NCBI GenBank assembly: GCA_947479535.1
Contig: CANJZQ010000004.1
Coordinates: 14,179-78,178 of the forward strand
Reading direction: 5' to 3'
Length of the DNA: 64,000 nt
Source: Oligoflexales bacterium
GTDB taxonomy: Bacteria > Bdellovibrionota_B > Oligoflexia > Oligoflexales > RGVZ01
Part shown: positions 9,147-20,254 of the stretch, piece by piece
Layout of the letters: every line of letters begins with the position of its first letter
How positions within the stretch are numbered: position 1 is the stretch's first letter
Notes under the pieces: model-generated
Told to the model about the DNA's origin: nothing
Seen by the model: the letters and a program-made list of their open reading frames with translations, nothing else
Database searches by the model: none
Position numbers and translations under genes: made by a program

Positions 9147-11067
9147 TCTGGCTGTCCTTCATGTCAGGCATGTCAAGTTTCGCCTTGGTGGCGTCAGCTG
9201 CAAGGTTCTCGCGGTGTTTTTTTAGTTGCCAGTACGCGTTGAGGATTTTCCCTGCAACGGGCGCAGCGGAGGCACCGCCACCCCCAACGCTGTCGTTTTC
9301 GCTGACGACAGCAATCACAATTTCGGCGTTCTCGGCAGGTGCAAAGGCCGCAAACATTGCGTGCTCCTTCCACTTCATGCTGACATCACGTTGATTGTGG
9401 TTCTTTTTCAAGCTGACGACTTGGACCGATCCAGTCTTGCCCGCAACGCGGATGCCTTCAACCCGGGCTTTTTTTCCAGTGCCGTGTTCATCCATGACCA
9501 CCGCCTCCAGGCCATCACGAACGGCGGCATAGGTTTCAGGGGAGATGTACGGAACCGTGCGGATCAGCTGGGGTGATTCTTCGAGGATTTTTTTGCCGAT
9601 GTGACTAACCACACGGTCGACGATCTGGGGCTTCCAGATGTTTCCGCCGTTCGCGATGGTTGCATACAGCGAGGCCATTTGCACGGGAGTCATTAAATTG
9701 TAACCCTGTCCGATTGCGATGGGTGGAGTTTCGCCGGGCGCCCAAGGCAAACGGTGTGTCAGTTTTTTCCATGCAGTCGTCGGAACCAGACCTGGACGTT
9801 CCATGTTAAGGGCCAGACCGAGGCGCTGCCCAAGTCCCAGTGCACGCGCGTACTTCGCAATCCGGTCCACCCCAAGCTCAACACCAACGTGATAGAAAAA
9901 CACGTCGCAAGATCGCATCAGGGCTTCCCGCAGGTTGACCAGGCCATGGCCTTCGCGGACGTGGCAGTGGAACACTTGATTTCCGCTGGTAAAGTGGCCT
10001 GGGCAGAAAAACCTGGAATTCGGATCGATGATTTTTTCTTCCAACGCAGCCATTGCAACCACGGCCTTGTAGGTTGATCCTGGTGGAAATTCACCGCCGG
10101 TGGTCTTGTCCAAAAAAGGGTGGAAGGGGTCGCTCAGGAGCGCGCGCCATTCTTCTCCGCTGAGGCCCATCTGGTAAATCGCGGGATCGAATCCAGGCTC
10201 GCTGACCATGGCCAGGATTTGACCGTTTTTTGGATTCATGACCACGACGGCTCCGTATTTTCCACGGAACGCATCGGCTGTGACCTTCTGCAGTTCTGCA
10301 TCGATGGTCAAGATGATGTCGTCGCCGGGAACGGCCGGCACTTCGGGCAGGTTCCATTTGTCGCGATCAAACAAGTGCGACTGGCGACCGAAAGCATCAA
10401 CCTGGATCATCCGGTAACCGCGCTTGCCCCGAAGATGCTGCTCCCACCGCGCCTCAATGCCCTGTTTACCAACCAGGTCCCCCATCATGTAGGGGTTGTC
10501 CTTGTTGTTGCGGTTCAATTCTTCCAGCTTTGTCTTGTTGATTTCGCCAAGGTAGCCCAGCAAGTGTGCGGGCGTGTCTGGTTGGTAGTCGCGACGGGGA
10601 GCCACGCTGGTATCAATTCCGGGCAGGAATACCCTGTTGGATTGAATGGTGGATACTTCGTGGATGGACAAGTTCCGTTTCAGGTTTATGGGAAGGAATT
10701 TTGGCTGGCCAGAGGAAAGCTGGAGGCGTTTTTCAAAAGTCGCCACGGGCACATGCAGCAAACGGGACAGGAGTTTGAACGTCGTCTCCTTTTCTTTGAC
10801 ATATTGGGGGATGAAGGCCAGGTCAAAGAATGGGCGGTTTCCCAGCAAGACCTGCCCGTTCCGGTCGAGGATAATGCCGCGCGGGGCGGGGATTTCGATT
10901 TTCCGGATCCGGTTGTTCTCTGAAATCCGGCGGTAATATTCACCGCGATAAACTTGAACAAACCACAGCCGCAAAATCAAAATCGCCGTCATTCCCACCA
11001 GAACCACCGAGGCCCAGAAGAAACGATTTTCGACGACGACGGATTCGCGGCGAAATATTTTTTTCAT
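9112..11067 (-). CDS. mrdA: Penicillin-binding protein 2 (elongasome transpeptidase)
   Basis: N-terminal TM segment plus the SxxK motif (STYK) and the KTG motif (GKTGS). Sits between mreD and rodA. Confidence 0.9.
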   Translation of the reverse strand: MKKIFRRESVVVENRFFWASVVLVGMTAILILRLWFVQVYRGEYYRRISENNRIRKIEIPAPRGIILDRNGQVLLGNRPFFDLAFIPQYVKEKETTFKLLSRLLHVPVATFEKRLQLSSGQPKFLPINLKRNLSIHEVSTIQSNRVFLPGIDTSVAPRRDYQPDTPAHLLGYLGEINKTKLEELNRNNKDNPYMMGDLVGKQGIEARWEQHLRGKRGYRMIQVDAFGRQSHLFDRDKWNLPEVPAVPGDDIILTIDAELQKVTADAFRGKYGAVVVMNPKNGQILAMVSEPGFDPAIYQMGLSGEEWRALLSDPFHPFLDKTTGGEFPPGSTYKAVVAMAALEEKIIDPNSRFFCPGHFTSGNQVFHCHVREGHGLVNLREALMRSCDVFFYHVGVELGVDRIAKYARALGLGQRLGLALNMERPGLVPTTAWKKLTHRLPWAPGETPPIAIGQGYNLMTPVQMASLYATIANGGNIWKPQIVDRVVSHIGKKILEESPQLIRTVPYISPETYAAVRDGLEAVVMDEHGTGKKARVEGIRVAGKTGSVQVVSLKKNHNQRDVSMKWKEHAMFAAFAPAENAEIVIAVVSENDSVGGGGASAAPVAGKILNAYWQLKKHRENLAADATKAKLDMPDMKDSQNAEVTENKKRL

Positions 11068-11633
11068 CCGACCTGATCCTCAGGTGGGAGGCTGTTTTTT
11101 GCAGTCCGTGCAAAGAAAACGCCGATACCAACTGCGATGAGGGTCCGGAAAATCTGGCTGAACCCATATTTCCATCCAAGGCGTCCCGGATCCTGTGTCA
11201 CTGCAATCACAAGAGTCTCAAAGGAAATGACCCATGCCATGCATGATGCCAACATGACATTCCATGGGCCTACGTGACGCCAGGAAAGAGTATGGCGAAT
11301 AAAATGGAGTGTGACGGCGGCGCTCCAGTAAGCCGACATGTACATTCCGGCTGGCGCGGTCGAGCGTGTTTCCTGAAGGAGGCCGGCAAGAATCGCCAAC
11401 GGCAGCGATTTACGCAGTGGTGCAAAGACAAAAAAAACAAAAAGCCAGGGGGTGAGGATATCGATCCTGAACACACCCAGCATCTGATGTGGAATCATGG
11501 ACTGTTCGATGGCCGCCAGCAAAAATACGTGGAAAACATCCAAAAGGAAATTGCCCGAATCGGGTTGTGGCCAAAATGCCGCAAGGATCCTTTGCAGCCT
11601 GTTTGGTCCAGAGGTTTCCAGAATTCTTTCCAT
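11064..11633 (-). CDS. mreD: Rod shape-determining protein MreD (putative)
   Basis: Small polytopic membrane protein between mreC and mrdA, with a 4-nt overlap with mrdA. The call rests on position rather than a sequence motif. Confidence 0.6.
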   Translation of the reverse strand: MERILETSGPNRLQRILAAFWPQPDSGNFLLDVFHVFLLAAIEQSMIPHQMLGVFRIDILTPWLFVFFVFAPLRKSLPLAILAGLLQETRSTAPAGMYMSAYWSAAVTLHFIRHTLSWRHVGPWNVMLASCMAWVISFETLVIAVTQDPGRLGWKYGFSQIFRTLIAVGIGVFFARTAKNSLPPEDQVG

Positions 11634-11644
11634 GGTGACCTCCC

Positions 11645-12532
11645 TTACCCGTTTCCGCTTTTCAGCGTGCGCTCAAGCCATTCGCGTCCCGCGGTTTCCA
11701 CTATTTTTTGCAATTCAGGATCCAACTGGTGCAGGACCATGACTTCCTCGAGGCGACGGTAGTCAACCCAAGGCTCTGTTGTGATGATCTGGGAAACGTT
11801 ATCGGATTCGTAGGTGATGCGCATCACGCGGCCCACCGGCAGACCTTTGGGAAAGCCACCAACGATACCAGATGTAATGACGGTGTCGCCGATCCGGATG
11901 TCGGCACCCTTTTGCAGATTCAGGCGGCAGAGGTCGTTGGAAAATCCATTGAGCACTCCGCGGACCCTTGTCCTCTGCAAAAGAACATCGAGGTTGAAGT
12001 CGAAATCAACGAGAAGTTGGACGTCGGATTCCTTCAGCCCAGTGCGGATGACTCGACCGACGATGCCTTGGGGTGCAATGACCGGCATTCCGGCTTTCAC
12101 GCCGTCCAAGCTGCCCCGGCTGATGCGCAAGGCCTTGAAAAGGTTGTTGACCCGGGTGCCAATGACTTCTGCCACCAGCATCTTTTCTGGCTGTAGTTCG
12201 GAAAGGCCCAGCAATTGCCGGAGGCGCGCGGTCTGCCTGACCTGTTCTTCGTAATCCATGAGTTTCGTTTGAAGGATTGCAACCTTGTCCCTCAGCTGGT
12301 GATTTTCCTCGGCCGCGCCGGAAAGCGCGATGTAGGAATTCCAGACGCTGGAAAGATAAGCGGCCAGACCGTGCCAGGTGGACATCGCCGGATGGATGAC
12401 TTCCTGGCCAACGACGGCGTTGACCCTGTCACCGCGCCAAGGTTTCATGGTCGAGGATAAAAAGAAAAAGGGAGCGATCACCGCGCTGGCAATCAAAGCA
12501 ACTTTTTGAAGGTGGCTCTGACGCGTCGTCAT
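11645..12532 (-). CDS. mreC: Rod shape-determining protein MreC
   Basis: N-terminal TM segment, a coiled-coil (ENHQLRDKVAILQTKL), then beta-rich domains (GMPVIAPQGIVGRV, GDTVITSG). Follows mreB. Confidence 0.8.
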   Translation of the reverse strand: MTTRQSHLQKVALIASAVIAPFFFLSSTMKPWRGDRVNAVVGQEVIHPAMSTWHGLAAYLSSVWNSYIALSGAAEENHQLRDKVAILQTKLMDYEEQVRQTARLRQLLGLSELQPEKMLVAEVIGTRVNNLFKALRISRGSLDGVKAGMPVIAPQGIVGRVIRTGLKESDVQLLVDFDFNLDVLLQRTRVRGVLNGFSNDLCRLNLQKGADIRIGDTVITSGIVGGFPKGLPVGRVMRITYESDNVSQIITTEPWVDYRRLEEVMVLHQLDPELQKIVETAGREWLERTLKSGNG

Positions 12533-12572
12533 GGCCGGATTGCTCCCGGTTCGAGTGTTTAGTGCAAGGCTT

Positions 12573-13631
<1,059 letters not shown>

Positions 13632-13776
13632 TTACGTCGCCTGGACTATTGCGGTCCTAGCATTCCAGACGTCATAATCTATTTTAATCGTCGTTAACAC
13701 GCCCATGCGTTTTGTGCTACAGGTTCTGGTTACTTATTTCCCATCTGAGCAGAAATGACAAGAAAGGACTCTCTCA

Positions 13777-15411
13777 ATGCTGCGCTGGAAGAATACGGGG
13801 CTCTCGAAGCTCAAGGACCTGAGCGGGAAAAAACTTTGGAGGCACTCCGGTGCCTATACGACCCTCCTTGTGGCAGTCCTCGCCATGAGCTTTTTCGGGG
13901 TCTGTGACCGCAATGGCGGGATGCGCGCACCGTCCGGATCTGCTGGAAAAGTAGGCAGTGACTCAATCACCGGAAATGAATTCCGTCGCGCATATCAGGC
14001 GTCATATCAGCGGCTTCAGGCTCAATTCAAGGACGGCTTCGATCCGGCAACCTTTCGCCTTGCCCACGGGGTTTTGGGTCAACTCATCGATGAGCGGATC
14101 CTGTTCGCGGAAGCCTTCAAAGCCGGGATGCTGGTCAGTGACGACGAAATTGCCCGCCTTTTGGCCGATGCCCAGGCCTTCAAGGACGACAAGGGGGCCT
14201 TTTCTCCGGAGGCATTTAAAAACTACCTTCGCGCCAACCGTTACACAGAAGCCAGTTTTGAAGGCGAAATCCGGCGCTCCCTGACGGTTCAGCGCTTTAA
14301 GGATTTTGTTGGTCAGTCTCATTTTGTCAGTGATGCCGGCTTGGTACAGCAGTTCGCCCTTTCTGAGAGCAAAATGGAGATCGACTACCTGAAATTTTCG
14401 GCGGCCGACATCAAAGTCAATGTGACCGATGCGGATGTGACCAAGTTTGCGTCGTCCGATGAAGGCAAGAAGAAGATTAAAGAATACTTTGATGGCCACT
14501 CCTCGGAGTTCCAGTCCGGGGCTCAAGTTCGGGCTCGTCACATCCTGATAGGGTTCGAGGGCTCCCGCAATGCCTCAGCAGACGCGTCAAAGCGCAGCAA
14601 AGAAGTTGCTCGCAAGCGCGCTGCCGACGTTCTTGCCAAGGTCCGGGCTGCTGGGGCTGATTTCGCCAAGGTTGCCAGGGAATTTACGGATGAGGCTGCA
14701 GGCAAAAGCAAAGGCGGCGATCTCGGCTTCTTTTCTCGTGAAATGATGGTCAAGGAATTTGCTGATGCGGCGTTCGCCATGAAGCCAGGCCAGATCAGCG
14801 AGCCAGTGGAATCCCCGTTTGGCTTTCACGTGATCAAGGTTGATGAAATCAAGTCCGCGCGCAACGACAGCCTGGCGCAAGCCACTGCCGGTATTGCCAG
14901 GAAGTTGCTGGCGGAAGAGGGGCGTCCGGCCCTGGTCAAGGGCCAGGTCGACAAGCTGGCATCGGCGGTCGCCAAAGGTGGTGACGAGCTGGAGCGCGTT
15001 CGCAAGGAACTCGGGCTTAACTGGAAGTCCACTGGCGAATTTGCCATAACGGCAAAGGTGATACCGGAAATAGGCAGTGATAACGGTACTTTGGCTGCAA
15101 TTTCGTCCCTCAAGCAACCCGGCCAGACCGCCCAGCAGCTCGTCGAGAGTCGTGGCGCTCATTTCGTCCTTCGCCTCAAAAAGAAGGTCGACGCCGACAT
15201 GGCCAAGCTAACGGTCGACAAGAAGAACGAACTGCGTCGCTCGGAATCCGGATCCTTCGGTTCTGCCTACCTCAGTTCGATGGAAAAAAATCTGCGTGAA
15301 GATTTGAAAAAACGCGGCAGGATCTGGGAAAACCCGGACTACATCAAAATTGACGAGCGCAAGGAAGTCGCGGATTCCGGCGATGCGGCGCCCGTCGATG
15401 TGGGCGGCTGA
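13777..15411 (+). CDS. ppiD: Periplasmic chaperone / parvulin-type peptidyl-prolyl isomerase (PpiD-like)
   Basis: N-terminal TM anchor, a SurA-N-like region, and a parvulin domain (ARHILI ... GGDLGFFSREMMVKEFADAAF ... SPFGFHVIKV). Confidence 0.75.
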   Translation: MLRWKNTGLSKLKDLSGKKLWRHSGAYTTLLVAVLAMSFFGVCDRNGGMRAPSGSAGKVGSDSITGNEFRRAYQASYQRLQAQFKDGFDPATFRLAHGVLGQLIDERILFAEAFKAGMLVSDDEIARLLADAQAFKDDKGAFSPEAFKNYLRANRYTEASFEGEIRRSLTVQRFKDFVGQSHFVSDAGLVQQFALSESKMEIDYLKFSAADIKVNVTDADVTKFASSDEGKKKIKEYFDGHSSEFQSGAQVRARHILIGFEGSRNASADASKRSKEVARKRAADVLAKVRAAGADFAKVAREFTDEAAGKSKGGDLGFFSREMMVKEFADAAFAMKPGQISEPVESPFGFHVIKVDEIKSARNDSLAQATAGIARKLLAEEGRPALVKGQVDKLASAVAKGGDELERVRKELGLNWKSTGEFAITAKVIPEIGSDNGTLAAISSLKQPGQTAQQLVESRGAHFVLRLKKKVDADMAKLTVDKKNELRRSESGSFGSAYLSSMEKNLREDLKKRGRIWENPDYIKIDERKEVADSGDAAPVDVGG

Positions 15412-15417
15412 GCACCG

Positions 15418-16326
15418 GTGACGATGCGTGCAATGAAAATCCTTTTGGTTCGAAAAACCACCAACCTCGAGTGGCATGGCAGCGTCATCAGGCGAGAAGT
15501 TGCCGCCGGCCGCATGCCCAGCGAGGACCTTGGCCGGCTCCAGCGTGCCCACGACGAGCATTACCAGACGTTGGACGGTTTACGAGCCAGACTCCTCAAG
15601 GCGCACATTGATTTTGTCGAGATCACGCGCGAAACCGATTGGCCGCAATCCGAAAAATTTGATGCCGTCGTCACCGTCGGTGGCGATGGCACTTTACTGT
15701 CGGCCAGTCACAAGGTGTTGGATGACACCATGACCATCGGGGTCCGTTCGTCCCGTTCCAGCGTCGGGTATCTGTGTGCCTACGATGGAGCCACACTGGA
15801 TCGCCTCGTTTCAGACTTGCAGGGGAAACGCTGCCAGACGCTGCGGGTGTCTCGCATTTTGGCTCAAGTGCGTCGTGCCGGTGTTTCAGAAATGGTGCAA
15901 ACAGAACCTGTGCTCAACGATTTTCTTTACAGCAACTTGAGTCCCGCTGCGACCACGCGCTACTGCCTGCGGATCAACGACCAGGTGGAAGAACAGAAGT
16001 CGTCGGGCATCTGGATTGCAACAGCGGTTGGAAGTTCTGCTGCCATATCTGCTGCTGGTGGGCAGGTGGTGCCGTGGACGGACCGCAGGACGCAATTTCG
16101 GGTTCGCGAAGTTTTTTCTGGCGGAAAAGTTAAGCCAGCCGTCACCAGTGGTTTTTTTGATGCGTTAAAAGATTCCTTCGAAATTGAAAACCGCAGTGAA
16201 CGGGCTTTTTTGGCCCTTGACGGGCAACATGGCGAAGTTCCCTTAAACCTTGGGGATATCATTCGTTTTTGTCCTGCGCCTGAATTGCATCTGGCTCAAA
16301 CGCCTGCCTCAATCCCGTCTGCTTGA
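15418..16326 (+). CDS. nadK: NAD kinase
   Basis: Contains the GGDGT motif (VVTVGGDGTLL), and the length and C-terminal pattern fit NadK. Confidence 0.8.
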   Translation: MTMRAMKILLVRKTTNLEWHGSVIRREVAAGRMPSEDLGRLQRAHDEHYQTLDGLRARLLKAHIDFVEITRETDWPQSEKFDAVVTVGGDGTLLSASHKVLDDTMTIGVRSSRSSVGYLCAYDGATLDRLVSDLQGKRCQTLRVSRILAQVRRAGVSEMVQTEPVLNDFLYSNLSPAATTRYCLRINDQVEEQKSSGIWIATAVGSSAAISAAGGQVVPWTDRRTQFRVREVFSGGKVKPAVTSGFFDALKDSFEIENRSERAFLALDGQHGEVPLNLGDIIRFCPAPELHLAQTPASIPSA

Positions 16327-16414
16327 GTTAAACATAAGCGAATCCCTGCCGAAAACCTCAGAGGAAGCCAAGACGGACTTATCCCGTCGCTGCTCTTTCT
16401 GGAGGAAAATTCGA

Positions 16415-17176
16415 ATGCGCCTGATGAACAAGAATGTTTTTTTTATAGTTGCGGGACCATTTTTCGGTTGTGCACTGTTTGCCTCCAATTCCATGGCAGC
16501 AGAAATGAACCGCCGGTTTATCACAGAAATCGATCCTGTCGCTCCATCATCGGCTCTCTATGAACAACGTGCCAGCGGCATCTCGACCAGCAAATTTGGT
16601 GCGTCCGTGGACTTCAACGTCGGAGAAAATTTCTCCGTTGGTCCAGAAATCTGGAGCGGAACATTTCTTGCGAAGGGTGACAGCCTGAATAGCGAAATGC
16701 TGCGCCGCGAGGATATGTTTCCCGGTGAAAGGCACAAGATTGATGCCATGCGCTTGCGTTGGAACATGAGTTTCTGGGAAATCCCTTCTTCCATGCGCGG
16801 GTGGTATACACGGTTGAGTTACGACTACGTCAAAGTAAATTCACGGGCGAACCGGTATACTGAATCTTTGGATTCAGCCAACGCCCTTCCGGTCGATTTT
16901 TCCGGTGATGTTCCCCTGGATGAGACCGACTTGATCACAGATTCGCGGCACGGCTTGTCTCTTGGAATTGGCAATCGTTGGTTGATCAGCAATCAAAAGG
17001 TTTCGGTCTCGGTTGGCGCTGGAATTTCTCATTACATTCGCCGCAGCGTCATGGTCGACAGCAAGGATCCGCAGGCTGTCTCTGATTATGAAGACATGAT
17101 CAACACGCTGCCGGACACGCGCCTGGCATTGCGGCCTATTCCTGAGTTGAGCATGGGACTTGGTTACGCGTTCTGA
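16415..17176 (+). CDS. Putative outer-membrane beta-barrel protein
   Basis: Start at an ATG preceded by GGAGG. Has a signal peptide (NKNVFFIVAGPFFGCALFASNSMA), alternating-polarity strands and a C-terminal GLGYAF. Confidence 0.55.
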   Translation: MRLMNKNVFFIVAGPFFGCALFASNSMAAEMNRRFITEIDPVAPSSALYEQRASGISTSKFGASVDFNVGENFSVGPEIWSGTFLAKGDSLNSEMLRREDMFPGERHKIDAMRLRWNMSFWEIPSSMRGWYTRLSYDYVKVNSRANRYTESLDSANALPVDFSGDVPLDETDLITDSRHGLSLGIGNRWLISNQKVSVSVGAGISHYIRRSVMVDSKDPQAVSDYEDMINTLPDTRLALRPIPELSMGLGYAF

Positions 17177-17180
17177 ACGG

Positions 17181-17207
17181 CTCCCGTTAACTGTCTGTTA
17201 ACGGGGG
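17181..17207. terminator. Hairpin between convergent genes (candidate bidirectional terminator)
   Basis: A 9-bp perfect stem, cccgttaac / gttaacggg, with a 5-nt loop. It lies between the stop at 17176 (+) and the stop at 17216 (-). No long T-run is present. Confidence 0.5.
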
Positions 17208-17215
17208 ATTTCCAA

Positions 17216-17644
17216 CTAATTTGCTTGAAGAAATTGCAACCTGGCCTTTGCTGCAGCGATGTCGGCCTCTGCCATTTCAATGTATCCGCGCAGTTGACTT
17301 GCCTCTTCCTTGTCCAAGGCAATTTCCTTGTGCATCTCCATGATTCTCATCTCGGGAATCGATCCTGCTGATGCTTCAAGCCTCTCAAGATATTCGATGT
17401 TGAATTTTGCTTCGATCACTTGCCGGTTCAGATCCCCCTGAACGACCCTCAGCTTGGCTTCAAACCAACGGACCATGGCCGCAGCCTCGTTCTTCTTTGC
17501 GAACAGCTCGTTCTCGCTCAGGCCGACGACGGTTGTGGTGTCCAGGACCCTTCGGTCCAGTGGATCAGAGAATCCATCGGGTATGTTCCGGTCTGCCATC
17601 AAGAACGGAAACAGGGAAAGCATGATCAGGAGAAGGTTTCGCAT
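17216..17644 (-). CDS. Secreted coiled-coil hypothetical protein
   Basis: Signal peptide MRNLLLIMLSLFPFLMA followed by heptad-like helical sequence. The longest ORF starts at 17719. Confidence 0.45.
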   Translation of the reverse strand: MRNLLLIMLSLFPFLMADRNIPDGFSDPLDRRVLDTTTVVGLSENELFAKKNEAAAMVRWFEAKLRVVQGDLNRQVIEAKFNIEYLERLEASAGSIPEMRIMEMHKEIALDKEEASQLRGYIEMAEADIAAAKARLQFLQAN

Positions 17645-17856
17645 CCAACACCTCCGGATTTCCGATTGCATAAAATGAGCCCAAGGCCCAACCCTCGCCG
17701 GCGAAGACAAAACAGTCAATCAATCCGGCCCGTTCTGGTCGATAAAATAAGTTCCTCATGGGTCAACCCGCTTCACCGAATGATAAATCAGGCGATGGTT
17801 GAGGTACTTAAGTTGAACGGGTTCGTTTACATATCTTTGTGGAGGGGGAGCACAAC

Positions 17857-19380
17857 ATGACAAAGCGTCCGAATCCCAACGAAAAAGGGTCTGTCCTGCA
17901 GTTCAAATCAAGGTATGAGAATTTTATCGGCGGCGAATGGATCGCGCCCAAGTCCGGAAAATACTTTGAAAATGTGACGCCAGTGACTGGCAAGGTGTTC
18001 TGTGAAATTCCCCGGTCGGATCACCATGACATCGAGTTGGCCCTCGATGCAGCCCATGCTGCGAAGGCAGCCTGGGGCAAGACATCAACCACCGAGCGCA
18101 GCAACATTCTGTTAAAGGTTGCTGACCGGATGGAGCAAAATCTCGAAAAGCTCGCTACGGCAGAGACTTGGGATAATGGGAAACCAATTCGCGAAACGAT
18201 GGCCGCGGACCTTCCGTTGGCGATTGATCATTTTCGCTATTTTGCCAGTTGCATCAGGGCGCAGGAGGGCTCAATTGGTGAAATCGATCACGACACGATC
18301 TCGTACCAGTTTCACGAACCGCTTGGAGTCGTCGGCCAGATCATCCCGTGGAATTTTCCGATCCTAATGGCGGCGTGGAAGCTGGCTCCCGCTCTGGCGG
18401 CGGGGAACTGCGTTATTTTAAAACCAGCGGAACAAACCCCAGCCGGGATTTTGCTTTGGGCCGAACTTGTCGGCGATCTGTTTCCCCCTGGTGTCTTGAA
18501 CATCGTCAACGGCTTTGGTCTTGAAGCCGGAAAACCGTTGGCCAGCAGCAAGCGAATCGCGAAAATCGCGTTCACAGGCGAAACCACAACTGGTCGCTTG
18601 ATCATGCAATACGCATCTCAAAATCTCATTCCCGTCACCTTGGAGCTTGGCGGAAAATCTCCGAACATATTTTTTGCCGATGTGATGGAAAAAGATGACG
18701 ATTTTTTTGACAAGGCGCTGGAAGGCTTCACCATGTTTGCCCTGAACCAGGGCGAAGTTTGCACCTGCCCGTCGCGCGCATTGATTCATGAGTCAATTTA
18801 CAAGGACTTCATGCACCGGGCGCTTGAACGGGTTAAAAAGGTCAAGCAGGGTCACCCCATGGATGACTCAACCATGATTGGGGCTCAAGCCTCCATGGAG
18901 CAAGTTGAAAAAATAATGAGCTACATGGATATCGGGCGTCAGGAAGGTGCGGAGTGCTTGACCGGTGGCCACCGGGCGAAATTAAGCGGTGAGCTTGCGG
19001 ATGGTTTCTATGTCGAGCCAACCGTGTTCAAAGGCCACAACAAGATGCGCGTGTTCCAGGAAGAAATTTTTGGTCCGGTGGTATCAGTGACGACCTTCAA
19101 AAATGACGAAGAGGCCCTGGCGATTGCCAACGATACTTTGTACGGGCTCGGCGCTGGCGTCTGGACTCGCGATGTTAATACTGCGTATCGATTCGGTCGC
19201 GAAATCCAAGCCGGGCGCGTCTGGACCAATTGCTATCATGCGTATCCGGCCCATGCGACTTTCGGTGGGTACAAACAGTCAGGAATTGGTCGCGAGACCC
19301 ACAAAATGATGTTGGATCATTACCAACAGGTGAAAAACATGCTGGTGAATTACAGCCCGAAGAAATTGGGGTTCTTCTAG
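17857..19380 (+). CDS. NAD-dependent aldehyde dehydrogenase (AldB-like)
   Basis: The N-terminus [12 protein letters not shown] resembles AldB. Catalytic motifs are LELGGKSP and [10 protein letters not shown]. The start is preceded by GGAGGGGGAG. Confidence 0.9.
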   Translation: MTKRPNPNEKGSVLQFKSRYENFIGGEWIAPKSGKYFENVTPVTGKVFCEIPRSDHHDIELALDAAHAAKAAWGKTSTTERSNILLKVADRMEQNLEKLATAETWDNGKPIRETMAADLPLAIDHFRYFASCIRAQEGSIGEIDHDTISYQFHEPLGVVGQIIPWNFPILMAAWKLAPALAAGNCVILKPAEQTPAGILLWAELVGDLFPPGVLNIVNGFGLEAGKPLASSKRIAKIAFTGETTTGRLIMQYASQNLIPVTLELGGKSPNIFFADVMEKDDDFFDKALEGFTMFALNQGEVCTCPSRALIHESIYKDFMHRALERVKKVKQGHPMDDSTMIGAQASMEQVEKIMSYMDIGRQEGAECLTGGHRAKLSGELADGFYVEPTVFKGHNKMRVFQEEIFGPVVSVTTFKNDEEALAIANDTLYGLGAGVWTRDVNTAYRFGREIQAGRVWTNCYHAYPAHATFGGYKQSGIGRETHKMMLDHYQQVKNMLVNYSPKKLGFF

Positions 19381-19381
19381 A

Positions 19382-19765
19382 ATGCAGGTGGGAAAGATCA
19401 AGCGAGTCCTCGCGACGCAGGCTGCTCTGGAGCTGATTGACCGCATGAGGGAGAAGCATGGCCCGGTGATGTTTCATCAATCGGGGGGCTGCTGCGACGG
19501 CAGTTCCCCCATGTGTTATCCGGTGGGAGACTTCTACCTCGGAGCCTCGGACGTCCGTTTGGGAGAAATCGGTGGCGCAGAATTTTTCATGAGTGCCTCC
19601 CAATTCGAATATTGGAAGCACACGCAGTTAATTATAGATGTGGTGCCCGGGCGGGGCGGTATGTTTTCTTTGGAAAACCCTGAAGGGGTGAGGTTTTTGA
19701 CCAGGTCGCGTCTGTTTGATGACAACGAACTAAATCTATTGGAGCCTGCCACCCCGGCGGGTTGA
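19382..19765 (+). CDS. DUF779-family protein
   Basis: Contains FHQSGGCCDGSSPMCYP. From recollection, this family commonly follows AldB-type dehydrogenases. Confidence 0.7.
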   Translation: MQVGKIKRVLATQAALELIDRMREKHGPVMFHQSGGCCDGSSPMCYPVGDFYLGASDVRLGEIGGAEFFMSASQFEYWKHTQLIIDVVPGRGGMFSLENPEGVRFLTRSRLFDDNELNLLEPATPAG

Positions 19766-19782
19766 ACGTGCTATGTTGCAGT

Positions 19783-19995
19783 ATGAACTTTGATTTCCCC
19801 CTAATCTTCGCCGGACTGATTTTTTCAAGCGTTGGCCTGGTCTATTTTTCGTATGGCCGACGCATGAAAAACCTCAATCTTTTGTTCTGCGGAATGGCGT
19901 TGATGATCTATCCTTATTTTGTCGACAGAATGTTCGTGACGATTTTCATTGGTGCCGCATTGAGCGGCATGCCATTTTTTTTCCGCTGGTGGTGA
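19783..19995 (+). CDS. Small two-TM membrane protein (70 aa), hypothetical
   Basis: Two hydrophobic segments, on the same strand as and abutting the DUF779 gene. Confidence 0.45.
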   Translation: MNFDFPLIFAGLIFSSVGLVYFSYGRRMKNLNLLFCGMALMIYPYFVDRMFVTIFIGAALSGMPFFFRWW

Positions 19996-20010
19996 CAGTG
20001 GACAATTCCG

Positions 20011-20246
20011 AACTGGTCCCTTTAAGTGGACAGAGTTCTCAAATAAACGGCTGAATTTACAACAAATTATTACACTTTCCCGAATTCGATACGCCGATGT
20101 CATTGACGACAACGGTGCCCCTCGATGACACGCGCTCAAAAAGGCTATTTCTGCTGACATGAAGCGAATCCCGCCGCGGCGCACCTGGTGCCGCCTGGGA
20201 ACAAACGTTCCCAGGATTGGAAAATGCACACTCAAAGGGAGCAGTT
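20011..20246. mobile_element. MITE-like internally deleted relative of the IS at 30541-31677
   Basis: Shares both termini with the IS (aactgNNccctttaagtggac ... tgcacactNaaagggagcagtt). Also shares ~160 bp of the left arm, up to and including the first 9 nt of the transposase ORF (catgaagcg). Its own ends match at 17 of 21 positions. Confidence 0.65.
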
Positions 20247-20254
20247 GACAGATT

